DNA of 37,613 bases, from IMG/VR virus record IMGVR_UViG_3300047282_000135, positions 1 through 37,613 of that record. The stretch is one strand, 5' to 3'. The DNA is from a virus. Taxonomy: Duplodnaviria > Caudoviricetes. This document shows, piece after piece, positions 7,500 through 17,578 of this stretch; position 1 is the first letter of the stretch, and every line of letters starts with the position of its first letter. A program made the translations under genes and the position numbers. The notes under the pieces are model-generated. The model was not told where the DNA came from and searched no databases. It was given only the letters and a program-made list of their open reading frames with translations.

Positions 7500-9866
7500 T
7501 CAGAGGGTGTTGTTGCCGCGGCTGAAGGACTCAGGGTGACGGACGGCAATGTCCACATCCTGCATAGCCACCACGCGCACGGTGCCGGAGGTGCTGTTGG
7601 TGTAGGGGTCCACCATCAGATCCAGGCCAGAGAAGTAGCCGATGATCAGGTCAGCGAAGTTGCCGAACCACAGATCACCGGAGGCAACCTGGTTGGACAG
7701 CACGCCCTGATAGCCGTTCACCTCGTTGCCTTCCATGACGAACAGGCCGGAGCCTGCGTCCTTGGCTTTGGTCTTGAGGCCGCCGCGCATGGCAGCGTTC
7801 ATCAGATAGACGGGGTTGCCGAGCAGTGCGTTGGCGGTTGCCACGTCGCTCTCCAGTGCCACCACCTCAGCGAAGGTAGGGGTATCAGCGGCGAAGTCTT
7901 CGGTGCCGATGCCGGTGGTCAGCTTCAGGCCAAGGGGCTCACCGTTGGAGCCGGTGCCATAGAGACCAGCCAGGTCGATCTTGAGTGCGAGCACACGAGC
8001 CAGGTCGGTGCGCACCATGTTCTCCACATCGATGGAGGACTGGATCATCAGGCGGCGGCTGTAGTCAGTGAAGGCAGCCACGGTCTTAGGAGTCAGGCTC
8101 ACCTGATCCACGGTCTGCTGGGATTCGGTGGGAGCACCGGACTCAGCAACCCAGTAGGCAGTGCCAGCGCCGGACTGGCGAGGGATGGCCACGTTGCCGG
8201 TGAGGCCGGTCAACACGGTGGCGCCAGCCTGATCCAGAGCCGAGGCGTTGCGCAGCAGATCGATGAAGCTGCCAGCATCCAGCTCGGTAGCAACTAGGTT
8301 GCCGCCAGCGGTTGCAGCGCCGACGTTCAGGTCACGGCGCAGCACATCTTGGGGAATGGTGATGCCACGGGACTGACGGCCGAGCTTTGCAGCAGCAGCT
8401 TCAGATGCCTCGATCTCGAACGCAGCAGCCTCGCGAGCGGCGCGGTCGGTCGGGTTGGCCAGATAGTTAATGGCACGCATGAAGGAGAAGCTGCGGCTCT
8501 CCTTCTCAGTCAGGCCGATTTCAGCGGCGCTCATGTTCACAGGCTCCTGTTTGATGTCGAGGTTGTCGAGCACAGCAGCGCGGGCCTCGTCGATAGAACG
8601 ACCAGACTCGATCAGCTGGCGGCCGAGGTCGGCCATACCGTGCTTTTCGGTCAGTGCAGAAATGCCAGCGATGCGGGAGCGCTCAGCCTCAGCGGCTTCG
8701 GCCCGCACCACTGCCAGATCAGGGGTGGTGTTTTCCATTGCAGGAATGGGATCAGGTGTAGGTGCTGCCGAGGCAGCTTGCTCGGCCTCTAAGGATCTGC
8801 CGATCCCGACGCCGGGATCAGCCGGCACCGAGACAACAGAAACCTCGTAAGGAGACCAGGCAGTGGCAACAAAGTCACCGCTGCCGCGCTCCTCCATTTT
8901 GTCAATGGAGTAGCCAAAGGAGACATTCCTGAGAACGCCATCCTTTACATCGTTCAGGACTTCCTGAGCGAATGGATTGCGGCTGAACCGCACGCGTGCA
9001 TAACCGCGGCGACGTTTGCCATCGATATATGCACGCTCCACAACGCCGATCACTCGATCAGGATTGTGATTGAACAGCAGCGGTGCGCCATCATTCAGGC
9101 GGCTGAGATCAGCAGCCGTTGCCTCATGGCTGAGAATCTCGTTGCCAAAGTAACGGGCAACAGGAAACTCAGAGCTAAATGGGAACTCATAGGTGCGATC
9201 TTCAACCTCATCGAAGGTTGTGATCTCAGCGCGTTGGTGGCGGCCGATGCCTGGCATCGCACGCTCCTCGCCAGTTGCCTCTTCAAACATGATCGGATCC
9301 ATCTCGTGCTCGCTCAGCCAATCACGCGCTTCTGATGGCGTGAACTGCTGCGCATCAAACCGCACTGCTTGAATCTCGCTCTCGCCTTCCTTGATTCCGT
9401 AGATGAAATCAATGCCAGATCCGCCAGCATCATTCTCGCGGCGCAGAGAATCGTATTGGCCGGGATCAGTCAACCTCGCGGCATGTTCATTTGGATAAGG
9501 GCGCGCCTCTTCCATTTGTCTATCCTGCAATGCCTTGATTCTATCCGCCTTCTCATTAGCCCAACTCTGCCCAGCATCGCCGCCCCATGCGGCCCATGCA
9601 ACGCGGCCGGCTGATGGATAGCCATCCTCGCCAGGGCTGAATCCCTCGCCTTGCTTATCAACCTCATGGCGGGCAAACCATGCCGCCATCGTGATCACTG
9701 TGTCAGGTGACAACTCATCACCGCTCAGGATCTGACGCGCCCTGGCCGCGGCAACCTCAGTGCCGCCTGCCTTGCCATCAGCCTTCCAATCGCGATAGCG
9801 CTGCGCCTCTTCCCTCATGCCATCCGTTGGCATCAAGTCAACGGTCTCGCCTTGGATTGTTGCCAT
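7500..9866 (-). CDS. Prohead protease-scaffold-major capsid fusion (HK97 fold) with extra N-terminal domains
   Basis: Protease motifs LLFNHN, VSFGY and EVSVVSVPAD. Capsid motifs GGNLVA, AYWVAES, LTPK and GTGSNGEPLG, and a C-terminal DIAVRHPESF. Confidence 0.93.
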   Translation of the reverse strand: MATIQGETVDLMPTDGMREEAQRYRDWKADGKAGGTEVAAARARQILSGDELSPDTVITMAAWFARHEVDKQGEGFSPGEDGYPSAGRVAWAAWGGDAGQSWANEKADRIKALQDRQMEEARPYPNEHAARLTDPGQYDSLRRENDAGGSGIDFIYGIKEGESEIQAVRFDAQQFTPSEARDWLSEHEMDPIMFEEATGEERAMPGIGRHQRAEITTFDEVEDRTYEFPFSSEFPVARYFGNEILSHEATAADLSRLNDGAPLLFNHNPDRVIGVVERAYIDGKRRRGYARVRFSRNPFAQEVLNDVKDGVLRNVSFGYSIDKMEERGSGDFVATAWSPYEVSVVSVPADPGVGIGRSLEAEQAASAAPTPDPIPAMENTTPDLAVVRAEAAEAERSRIAGISALTEKHGMADLGRQLIESGRSIDEARAAVLDNLDIKQEPVNMSAAEIGLTEKESRSFSFMRAINYLANPTDRAAREAAAFEIEASEAAAAKLGRQSRGITIPQDVLRRDLNVGAATAGGNLVATELDAGSFIDLLRNASALDQAGATVLTGLTGNVAIPRQSGAGTAYWVAESGAPTESQQTVDQVSLTPKTVAAFTDYSRRLMIQSSIDVENMVRTDLARVLALKIDLAGLYGTGSNGEPLGLKLTTGIGTEDFAADTPTFAEVVALESDVATANALLGNPVYLMNAAMRGGLKTKAKDAGSGLFVMEGNEVNGYQGVLSNQVASGDLWFGNFADLIIGYFSGLDLMVDPYTNSTSGTVRVVAMQDVDIAVRHPESFSRGNNTL

Positions 9867-11446
9867 CAGTCCTCAGGCCCTTCGAGCGGATCCTCAAGAA
9901 CTGATTCCTCTTCGTATTCCTCTTCATCCATCGGCGGTTCCGTATCCTCAAACGCCGGCTGGCCGCCCATCGTCACAGCAGGCTGCGAACCACCGCCAGC
10001 ATTCACCTCACTGGGATCGGTATCGAGCACGATGCCCATCTCATCCAGCATGGCCAGCTCAGACTGACGCGCCACCAGCACGTCATCCAGATCGCCACCC
10101 TGCTCGCTGATCACCTGACCCAGCGTCTTAAAGCCACAGCGCACCGCATCCTTGTAGGCGTTCACTTCCTTCTGCGGATCCACCCATTCCCAGCTGCGTG
10201 GAATCCAACGGCTGGCCTTGTACCGATCCGGGTTTGTCTCATATGCCGGCAGGCTCAACTCACCGCTCAGCACCGCCATCTCGAGCCAGTTCTCGTAAAC
10301 CGTCTGGTGGAAGTTCTCGATGAAGAACCGCTGCAGCACCTTGTACGTGTCGCGCTCCTCAAGCAGGCTCAGCCGGCTGCTGCTGTAGTTGCTCTCTGAG
10401 AAGTTCTTACTGATGCTCTCGAAACTCACACCAACGCCAGCGGCCACAGCACGCAGCATCGAACGCGTGAATGGTTCCAGCTGGCCATCCGGTGCGTTCA
10501 GATCCGGCACCGTCACGCTTTCGCCCGGCGCCAGATACTTGAACACACCAGGCTGGAAGTCGCTCACGCGCTCGTTCTCATACACCTCATCGCCGATCAG
10601 CTCACCCTCAGGCGATTGGATGAAACCCATCAACGCACTGCTCGCCCTGGCCCGCACCACCTCGGCCTCCTCATAGCCCTGCAGCATGTGCAGCCGCATC
10701 AGCGCCGAGGCGAACCACGTCACGCCGCGCGTCTGCCCTGGCCGCTCCGGCAGGAACAGATGAATCACCTCATCAGCAGGCACGCGCACACGGCGCCCAT
10801 TGGTGCGTGGATTGCCCGCATACGTGTCGCCAGGGTGGTTGGCGTAGAAGTGGTACGCCTGCGGCCGCAGGTAGCCATCCACCTCGATGCCCATCCGCAC
10901 CGTGTTGCCTTCCTTGGCCTGCGGGATATCGTCGTCGATCAGATAGTCAGCCTCAAGCACCTGCAGCGCGAACGGCACGCGCGACCCACCGAATGGTTTG
11001 CGGATCATCCGCACGAACACCTCGCCGCTCTCCGCCAAGCTGCGGCACAGCAGCCGCTCCATATCGTGGAAGCCCAGCAGGCCGCTCACATCACAGCGGC
11101 TCTTGTGCATCCACCGCTCCCATGCCTCGTGGATCTGGCCGTTGATCGCCTCATCCAACCGGCCGCCACGCAGCATCCGCACCTGCGACTGGTGCTTGAT
11201 GCCGTGCCCAATCACATTATTCTGGATGCTCCGCAACGCTTGCCGCGCATAGTCGTTGTCACGGCACAGCTGACGCGCACGATTGCGCAGCGCCTTGAAG
11301 CTGCTCTTGATTTCGCTGTCGGCACTGGTGCCACTTGTCACCCAGTCAGCAGTGAGCCGGCTAACCCTTGCGCCTTGATACGCCCGCGCACGTGGCCGCA
11401 TCGGCTCGAATCCCATCGCCTTGAATAGCCGCGTCCGCAATCCCAT
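9866..11446 (-). CDS. Portal protein, lambda family
   Basis: LRNRARQL, RPGQTRG, NYSSSR and WVDPQKE motifs. Confidence 0.95.
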   Translation of the reverse strand: MGLRTRLFKAMGFEPMRPRARAYQGARVSRLTADWVTSGTSADSEIKSSFKALRNRARQLCRDNDYARQALRSIQNNVIGHGIKHQSQVRMLRGGRLDEAINGQIHEAWERWMHKSRCDVSGLLGFHDMERLLCRSLAESGEVFVRMIRKPFGGSRVPFALQVLEADYLIDDDIPQAKEGNTVRMGIEVDGYLRPQAYHFYANHPGDTYAGNPRTNGRRVRVPADEVIHLFLPERPGQTRGVTWFASALMRLHMLQGYEEAEVVRARASSALMGFIQSPEGELIGDEVYENERVSDFQPGVFKYLAPGESVTVPDLNAPDGQLEPFTRSMLRAVAAGVGVSFESISKNFSESNYSSSRLSLLEERDTYKVLQRFFIENFHQTVYENWLEMAVLSGELSLPAYETNPDRYKASRWIPRSWEWVDPQKEVNAYKDAVRCGFKTLGQVISEQGGDLDDVLVARQSELAMLDEMGIVLDTDPSEVNAGGGSQPAVTMGGQPAFEDTEPPMDEEEYEEESVLEDPLEGPED

Positions 11447-12012
11447 CAGAACCTCACGAATAGGTTGTGCGGATTGCCCAAGCCGTTGGCGATTAGGTCC
11501 GCCATCTGCTCACGCTTCACCTCAGCCTTCAGCTTACTTTCGCGTTCCATCAGCTCACTCAGATCCAGCTTGGTGAAGCTCCGGCTGCCGATTGTGTATT
11601 GCTTAGCGCCAGCGCTAACAATCGCGCGGATTGCAGCTTGCACTGCATCCAAATCAATCTGCGCTTGTGTGCGCCCATCAAACGCACCTGGCGAACCGGC
11701 ATAGGACAACGCCGCCTCAACAGTCAGCTGGCCGGCGCCCAGCGTCACCTTCTCACTGCCGGCCGTCGCAATCGCCTGCCAATACCACTGCCCAGCATCG
11801 AACCCAGCGCTCGTGCTAGCTGCGATGGTGAACTCCCAGCCAGTGCCATAGGCAGTGCCTACCACCGTGGCACCCTCACTTGCAGTGTTAGTGCGCAGGT
11901 AATACGTCAGCGTCCACGTGCCGCTGCTGATCACATTGCCCAGATTGTCAACGCCCGCAACGTCGCGCCACTTCACCGTGTCGCCTGCCCTGATTGTCGC
12001 GGGGATGTTCAC
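11446..12012 (-). CDS. Head completion protein (gpW-like C-terminus with an N-terminal beta domain)
   Basis: Probable GTG start at 12012, just after the terL stop. C-terminal AIRAIVSAGAKQYTIGSRSFTK is gpW-like. It lies between terL and portal. Confidence 0.75.
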   Translation of the reverse strand: MNIPATIRAGDTVKWRDVAGVDNLGNVISSGTWTLTYYLRTNTASEGATVVGTAYGTGWEFTIAASTSAGFDAGQWYWQAIATAGSEKVTLGAGQLTVEAALSYAGSPGAFDGRTQAQIDLDAVQAAIRAIVSAGAKQYTIGSRSFTKLDLSELMERESKLKAEVKREQMADLIANGLGNPHNLFVRF

Positions 12013-12014
12013 GG

Positions 12015-13871
12015 CTACCAGTTGCCAACAAAACCAGGCCCAGCCGCTGCCGGCTGTTGCTTCCTCGATCTTAGCGGTGCTTTCTTGCCGTCTTCCAACT
12101 GCACTCTCAACTGTTCCCACATCGTCGCCTTATTCATCCTCCGCCCATAGATCAACATCGCCGCATAGCCATACACCGCACAATCAAGCGCCTCGTTTCG
12201 ATCCCCCGCTTTCTTCACCCATTCCCTGATCGGAAAGCCCCGGTGATACCTGAGCGCCTGCCGCTCACTCGTGAGCTGCCGGTAATACTCATCATCAGCA
12301 GCCAATCCAAAGTTCAATCCGCCCTTTGTCTCGTTATGGCGGAGCCGGCCGAACAACGTCGTCTTGATCGTGTCGGTGCCCAGCTGATACAAAGTCACGC
12401 CACGCTTAATCACCCGGCCGCGCCAGTTCACATCCACCTTGCTGCCCTTGCCCACCGCCGGGCTGTTGCGCCTGCTGCTGCCCTTAATCGCCACCACGCC
12501 CTGGCTCACGCGATCACGCACGTACCGGTACACCTCATGCGTGCAGTGGCCGCCAGAGTCCACCGCCACCTGGGCCAACTTCAAATGACGGCCGCTCTCC
12601 GTCTCCCACTCAGTCCCGATCACATGATCCAACTGCTCCCACACCTCCGTTTGGGTCGGGTCGCCCATCAGCTCCTGGTGCCACACCAGCCATCCGGTCT
12701 CGCCCTCACCCCATCCCCACACACTCACCGCTAGTCGGTTGTCCTGCACGTCCACCCCAGCCGTCAACAGCACCACCCCAGCCGGGCAGATGCCGGGCTT
12801 GTAATCCATACGCCGCGCCATCAATCCATCGGCGCTCACCTTCGCCGCGTAGTCCTCCTCCCACGTCTCCGCCAGTCGCGTATTCACAAACGACTTCAAC
12901 GCAGGCGCATCACCCTTGGCCCGCAGGAAGTCATCCACCAACTGCTCCCAACTGCACCAGCCCAGCGGGCTATACAGGCCGCTCAGATGGAACCCAGCAG
13001 TGCGCCCATTGCTCGGTGCTGTCGCACGCCACTCACCACCCCTGAGCATTGCCGGCTTATGCATCTCAGCGAATCGCTCGCCGCAGTGCTCGCACTGATA
13101 CCGCGCACTCTCCGGATTGCCCTCATCCCATTTCAGCTGCCCCCACTTCAACCACTCCATCGCGCCGCAGTTGGGGCATGGCACATAGAACCGACGCTGA
13201 TCGCTCCGCTGATACTCCGCCTCAATCCGGCTGAAGTCCTTCACCGTCGGCGTGCTGGTGAGCAGGATCTTCCGCCGCGCGAACGTCGTCGTCCGACGCT
13301 CCGCCAAGCTCACCGGATCGCCCTCCCCATCCACATCAGCAGGGAAGCCGTCAACCTCATCGCAGAACAAATACCTGCACGGCGCTGATCGCAAGCCGGT
13401 GGCACTGTTCGCCCCGGTCAACAACATGATTCCGCCTGCATACTCCTTGCTAAACATCGTGTTGCCAGAATCTCGCGCCCTAGCCGGCGCGATCTTGGCC
13501 GCCAAGCAAGGCGTCTCCGTGATCATGCTCTCGAGCCGCTGCTTACTCAGCCGCTTCGCCATCTCCACCGTCGGCTGCACGCACAGCATCGGCCCCGGTG
13601 CATGGTCGATCACATAGCCCAGCCAGTTGCTGCCGGCCTCCGTCTTACCGGTCTGCGCCGCAAACATCATCACCACACGCTGCACCGGGCTCTCGCTGCT
13701 CAGGCAATCCATCGGCTCGCGCAGGTAAGGCGTTCGATCCGTGCGCCATGGCCCCGGCTCCGCACTCGCCTTGCTGCTCAGCTTTCGATACCGATCCGCC
13801 CACTCACTCACCGTCAGCGGCGTCTCAGGCCGCAGACCCTCCAAGAACCCATCACGCCACGCATCAGCCAT
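12015..13871 (-). CDS. terL: Terminase large subunit, GpA family
   Basis: Walker A AAQTGKT, Walker B LFCDEVD, STPT, a CPNC/CEHC zinc site, GVDVQ and RNEALDC. The ATG at 13871 overlaps the end of terS. Confidence 0.96.
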   Translation of the reverse strand: MADAWRDGFLEGLRPETPLTVSEWADRYRKLSSKASAEPGPWRTDRTPYLREPMDCLSSESPVQRVVMMFAAQTGKTEAGSNWLGYVIDHAPGPMLCVQPTVEMAKRLSKQRLESMITETPCLAAKIAPARARDSGNTMFSKEYAGGIMLLTGANSATGLRSAPCRYLFCDEVDGFPADVDGEGDPVSLAERRTTTFARRKILLTSTPTVKDFSRIEAEYQRSDQRRFYVPCPNCGAMEWLKWGQLKWDEGNPESARYQCEHCGERFAEMHKPAMLRGGEWRATAPSNGRTAGFHLSGLYSPLGWCSWEQLVDDFLRAKGDAPALKSFVNTRLAETWEEDYAAKVSADGLMARRMDYKPGICPAGVVLLTAGVDVQDNRLAVSVWGWGEGETGWLVWHQELMGDPTQTEVWEQLDHVIGTEWETESGRHLKLAQVAVDSGGHCTHEVYRYVRDRVSQGVVAIKGSSRRNSPAVGKGSKVDVNWRGRVIKRGVTLYQLGTDTIKTTLFGRLRHNETKGGLNFGLAADDEYYRQLTSERQALRYHRGFPIREWVKKAGDRNEALDCAVYGYAAMLIYGRRMNKATMWEQLRVQLEDGKKAPLRSRKQQPAAAGPGFVGNW

Positions 13872-14400
13872 CACACAGCTCCACAAGCGCCGCACGGTGC
13901 TCCTGCGTCAGCACCTGATGGATCACCGTCGGATCCGTCTCGCCCGCCAGCTGGTGGCTCAACCGATCCGCCAAGTTCGCCAGCGCCTCACGCACACTGC
14001 GACCCATCTTGAATGCTTCCTTTTTCACCTCATCAGCAGGCACCAGCTCACCACGCTGCTGCGTCACCTGCAGCTTCGCCAACTCCGCCTGGTAGTGCTC
14101 ACGCCTTGCACGGCTCTCATTCAGATCCGGGATCGCATCATCCGGCAATCCCTCAACGCGCCGCTTCAGCTCCGCTGCATCCCGTGGCGGCTCCACCTCA
14201 ATCGGATCACCACGGCTCACCTTGCTCACGTTGTTGATCGCCGTGTTTTTGTTCCACAGCTCCAACGCCAGATCACGATCCAGCCACCTGCGCCCATCCT
14301 TCTCCACCACAGCGCCAGCAATCCTGCTCTTGGTCGCATGGGTCACAGCGCCCTTACTGCATCCCCTGATCGCTGCAAATTCAGCGAACGTAACCAGCAC
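13864..14400 (-). CDS. terS: Terminase small subunit (Nu1-like)
   Basis: N-terminal HTH (FAEFAAIRGCSKGAVT) and SRARREHYQAELAKL...GELVP, directly upstream of terL. Confidence 0.85.
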   Translation of the reverse strand: MLVTFAEFAAIRGCSKGAVTHATKSRIAGAVVEKDGRRWLDRDLALELWNKNTAINNVSKVSRGDPIEVEPPRDAAELKRRVEGLPDDAIPDLNESRARREHYQAELAKLQVTQQRGELVPADEVKKEAFKMGRSVREALANLADRLSHQLAGETDPTVIHQVLTQEHRAALVELCDG

Positions 14401-14429
14401 AAACGCAAATCGATCTAGCGTTAAGTTAA

Positions 14430-14590
14430 ACCCCACTAAACGCCACTAAACTGTCTTAAGGGAGTCTCATTTGCGTCTCAAAATGAGATCCCTTGCGCCG
14501 CAACGGTTTAGGGGTGGTCAAGTCTGACGCTAGCGGAAGCGGGTGCGAACGAACGACCCACACAGTATTGGCTTGGAAGGACCCACGCGC
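14430..14590 (-). other. Putative cos packaging region (cosQ-like GGGTCCT, cosN-like dyad, cosB-like repeats)
   Basis: Minus-strand GGGTCCT at 14578-14584 and a GGGT-N11-ACCC dyad at 14541-14559. Also an inverted repeat TCTCATTT/AAATGAGA at 14465-14488 and CCACTAAAC twice at 14433-14451. All lie upstream of terS. Confidence 0.55.
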
Positions 14591-14602
14591 GGTCTCGCGG
14601 CG

Positions 14603-15295
14603 TCATCGAGCAGTCGCCATCGCCTTATCGAGCGCAGCGCTGAGTGCATCGTTGAAGTTGCGAGCAACGATCTTCTCTCCGATGTCTTGAATGGGGAAGC
14701 GGCCTGTGTATCGCGGTGCTGCCGATGCTGCGATGAAGTAAGGGAACAGCTGCTCGCGTGAGCGGCGATAGATACCAGGCGGCCGGTTGCCTGCGCCTCG
14801 TGGTGTGCCGACGAAGAAGCCGCCTCGCTTATTGGTGGTGCTCAGTCCTTTGCTGATGGATCGCAGTGTGGCGAGGCTCACGTTCCCTGCGTCTGTGGTC
14901 TTGACCAAGGAGGTGGGCACCAGGGTGGTGCCAGGGGGGAGGGTGCCGTCGTTGTCAGCGCCAGCGAAGTAGCGCTCAAAGCCTTTGGCTACACGCTGCC
15001 CGCCTTGGATGCCATAGCGCAGGTAGCGGGCACGGTTACGGCCTTGCTGGTTGTTGGCGAAGACGTAGGCGGTGAGTGTGGACTTTTTGGCCTTGTCTAC
15101 CAGGAAGGCGGTCTGCGTGAAATTGACGGGCCCTTGGAAGTATTGACGGGTTGCGCCATTGAGGGATGTGCGGGCCTTGAAGGCCACGTCGTTGAGGGCA
15201 ACGGACGTGGCGAAGGGCAGTTGCTTGGCGACAGCCTGCGACCACCTCGAGGCTTGCACGAGGCCCTGCTGATCGATCTCGAGGGTGATGGCCAT
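14603..15295 (-). CDS. Conserved phage protein, possible neck/tail completion protein
   Basis: 230 aa from the ATG at 15295, with a KQLPFATSVALN...FTQTAF motif; basic; located before the terminase. Confidence 0.55.
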   Translation of the reverse strand: MAITLEIDQQGLVQASRWSQAVAKQLPFATSVALNDVAFKARTSLNGATRQYFQGPVNFTQTAFLVDKAKKSTLTAYVFANNQQGRNRARYLRYGIQGGQRVAKGFERYFAGADNDGTLPPGTTLVPTSLVKTTDAGNVSLATLRSISKGLSTTNKRGGFFVGTPRGAGNRPPGIYRRSREQLFPYFIAASAAPRYTGRFPIQDIGEKIVARNFNDALSAALDKAMATAR

Positions 15296-15325
15296 GCCCC
15301 AAGGGTAGGCGGAGCGGATGGCGGC

Positions 15326-15560
15326 CAGCACCTGCCGACCTGTCAACCTGCCAACCTCCCGCCAAGAGTTGTCAACAGATCAGCGGTCGTCAGCACCTGT
15401 CAACCTGCCGACCTTGTCAACGTTGCCCCTATAGGTCCTTTTTACCCCTACCTCTCCCCTTTTATATATTTACTACTAAGGTTAGAAGGTTAGTAAGGAT
15501 AGCAGAGGGGTTGGGGCGCAAGGGATCTCAGCCTGACAACCTCAGCCGAGAGGTTGGCAG
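15326..15560. repeat. Iteron-like TGYCRAC repeats plus AT-rich tract: putative replication origin
   Basis: TGTCAAC at 15341, 15370, 15398 and 15415. ACCTGTCAACCTGCC at 15338 and 15395. AT-rich tract at about 15460-15480. Directly downstream of the primase-helicase gene. Confidence 0.65.
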
Positions 15561-17578
15561 TAAACCCACTTAGAGCGCCCTGCGACCCATTGGCGCTGTT
15601 TGACGAAGCCGAGCTCGCGCATGATCGATGCGATCTGCATTTGATCGGCGCGGCTCTGCCGTTCCACTGGTTTGCTGATGGCTTCGGTGAGTAGTAGCTC
15701 GCTGGTGATGGGTCGGCCGTCGTTACGTGGTGCATTGAGCCATTCCTGAATGGCGGCCTTCCATGGGCTGTCGACGAGATAGGACTCGTTCTCGTGATCA
15801 ACCTGTGCGCTGTGTTCGCGTGAGAGGTGGTTAGGTTCGCCTGCGCGGTATGCGTGAACGGCTGCGGACCATATGGCGTCACGCTCGAGCAGGAGGCCAT
15901 CCACGGGGATGTGTGGCGCTGCTGTGACGGGTATGACCCAGAAACGGCGGTTGCCGGTGTCGTCTACGAGGAAGCCGGTGTCGCGATTGGTGGAGCCGAC
16001 GATGATGGAGCGGCGTGGGTATGCCTCCGTGGTGCGTTGGTATGGCGCACGGAACATGTCCGTCTGTTGGGTGAGGAAGGCTTTTACTTGGCCGGCGTGC
16101 TTGCGGCCTGTGATGTGATCGAGCTCGGCCCATTCCATGAGCCATGAGCGGTGCAGGACCATGAGGTCATCCTTGGAGCCGATGTCGCGTAGGGCATCGG
16201 AGAACCAGAGGCCGCCGAGGTTCCGCCAGAAGGTGGACTTGCCGCAGCCCTGGGGGCCCATTAGGACGCAGGCGGAATCGTGCTTACAGCCGGGCTCAAA
16301 GATGCGGCGCACAGCGGCCACAAGCGTGGCCTTGAGCATGGCGTCGTAGAGGCTGCCGGGCTGATCGTCGGGACGCAGGTAGGCGGTTGCTAGGTGGTCG
16401 ATTGGGATGGGTGGGATGTGATCGGCCACGTGCTCGAGATATTCGCGGACGGGATCGTATGGGTTTTCAAGTGCGACGACGTGGACGGCATCGGCTGCTA
16501 GATCTTTGGTGACCTTGACGCCTTGCTGTGAGAGGGCGAGATAGAAGTGCTCGATGTGCTCGAGCGGTTGTTGATCGAGCTCGATGGTCTTGGTGAAGAC
16601 ATTCCAGCGGAGGCGATCTGCCATCTGCTGGCGCAGGAGGGCGAGCAGTTCATTCGATTCGAGCTTGAGGAGTTTGCCGTTATGGGTTGCCGTATGGTTT
16701 GGTGCGCCATCGGGTGCATGGACGGACGGCCGCGCGGCTGGAGACGTGCGGCTTTTCTGATGACCTGCAAGGTGAGCGAGGGTGCCGAGGGAGACACCAC
16801 CGGCTGCTGCTGAGAAGGTGCGCCATTTGGCTTCGCAGGCGCCGGGTTCAAACTTGCCTGAGATGGTGGACCATTGGATCCAATCGGTGAGCAGGGCATC
16901 GTCAACGCTGTGTAGGGCCATTCCAACGCGGAGCCATGCGTCGTAGTCATCTGCGTCAGCTGCGGGAACTGAGGCGAGGTATAGGCGTGCCCGTTGAATG
17001 TCGGTGTCTGGCAGCTGCAGAAGCGGGGCAGGTGCTGGCTTCTGGCGCTGCATCTGCTGGAGCAGGAGCGATGGTGCCTCAGCGATGGGTAGCTCACCGG
17101 GTGCGCGGCCTTTAAGCCAGCGGTATGCGCCGGTCATTGGATGAGCGCCGGCTACAACGGATTGGCAGCCAGCCCATCGGAGCTCCAGCTGCTCGCCTTT
17201 AATTGAGCTGCGCAGCTTGGTGGTCTTGATGGTGGCCCAGAAGGGTTCTGGGACTTGGTAGATGATCTGCACGCGGCCATCGCGGCCTGATGTGACGGCC
17301 CAGGACTTGGGGAGATCGCGGAGTGGTGCGCCAATCTGCTCGAGCACCTCGGATGCACCGAGGCCATCGTGATCGACGAAGAGGAGGCCACCGGATTGGG
17401 GGCCAGCGATGACGCCGATCGCTACGGCGCGGCCGGACTGGATCTCGGTGGTGAGATCAGTGCGTGAGATCGGATGCTTTTGCCATTCGGGCTGATAGGG
17501 GCGTTTGTCATTCCCGACGGCTACCAGGGCCCAGTGATCGGGGATATTGGCGAGTTGATCGAGGAGGTCGGCTACCAC
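15542..17578 (-). CDS. Primase-helicase: AEP prim-pol, PriCT-2-like domain and VirE/VapE-type SF3 helicase
   Basis: LLFVDHDG, YDAWLRVGMALH, Walker A GPQGCGKST, RAPY and DDTGNRRFW. Confidence 0.92.
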   Translation of the reverse strand: MVADLLDQLANIPDHWALVAVGNDKRPYQPEWQKHPISRTDLTTEIQSGRAVAIGVIAGPQSGGLLFVDHDGLGASEVLEQIGAPLRDLPKSWAVTSGRDGRVQIIYQVPEPFWATIKTTKLRSSIKGEQLELRWAGCQSVVAGAHPMTGAYRWLKGRAPGELPIAEAPSLLLQQMQRQKPAPAPLLQLPDTDIQRARLYLASVPAADADDYDAWLRVGMALHSVDDALLTDWIQWSTISGKFEPGACEAKWRTFSAAAGGVSLGTLAHLAGHQKSRTSPAARPSVHAPDGAPNHTATHNGKLLKLESNELLALLRQQMADRLRWNVFTKTIELDQQPLEHIEHFYLALSQQGVKVTKDLAADAVHVVALENPYDPVREYLEHVADHIPPIPIDHLATAYLRPDDQPGSLYDAMLKATLVAAVRRIFEPGCKHDSACVLMGPQGCGKSTFWRNLGGLWFSDALRDIGSKDDLMVLHRSWLMEWAELDHITGRKHAGQVKAFLTQQTDMFRAPYQRTTEAYPRRSIIVGSTNRDTGFLVDDTGNRRFWVIPVTAAPHIPVDGLLLERDAIWSAAVHAYRAGEPNHLSREHSAQVDHENESYLVDSPWKAAIQEWLNAPRNDGRPITSELLLTEAISKPVERQSRADQMQIASIMRELGFVKQRQWVAGRSKWVYCQPLG

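Noticed and set aside
7935-7991. Self-targeting of the phage's own capsid gene by array C
   Set aside because: Only 8 of 19 dinucleotides match, which fits homology to a foreign target better than a true self-target. A full gapped self-search of the genome could not be run.
4909-14449. Long plus-strand ORFs antisense to structural genes (for example 4909-5880, 7536-8297, 10616-11428, 13741-14418)
   Set aside because: They are shadow frames expected from GC-rich codon bias. The minus-strand genes carry the recognisable motifs.
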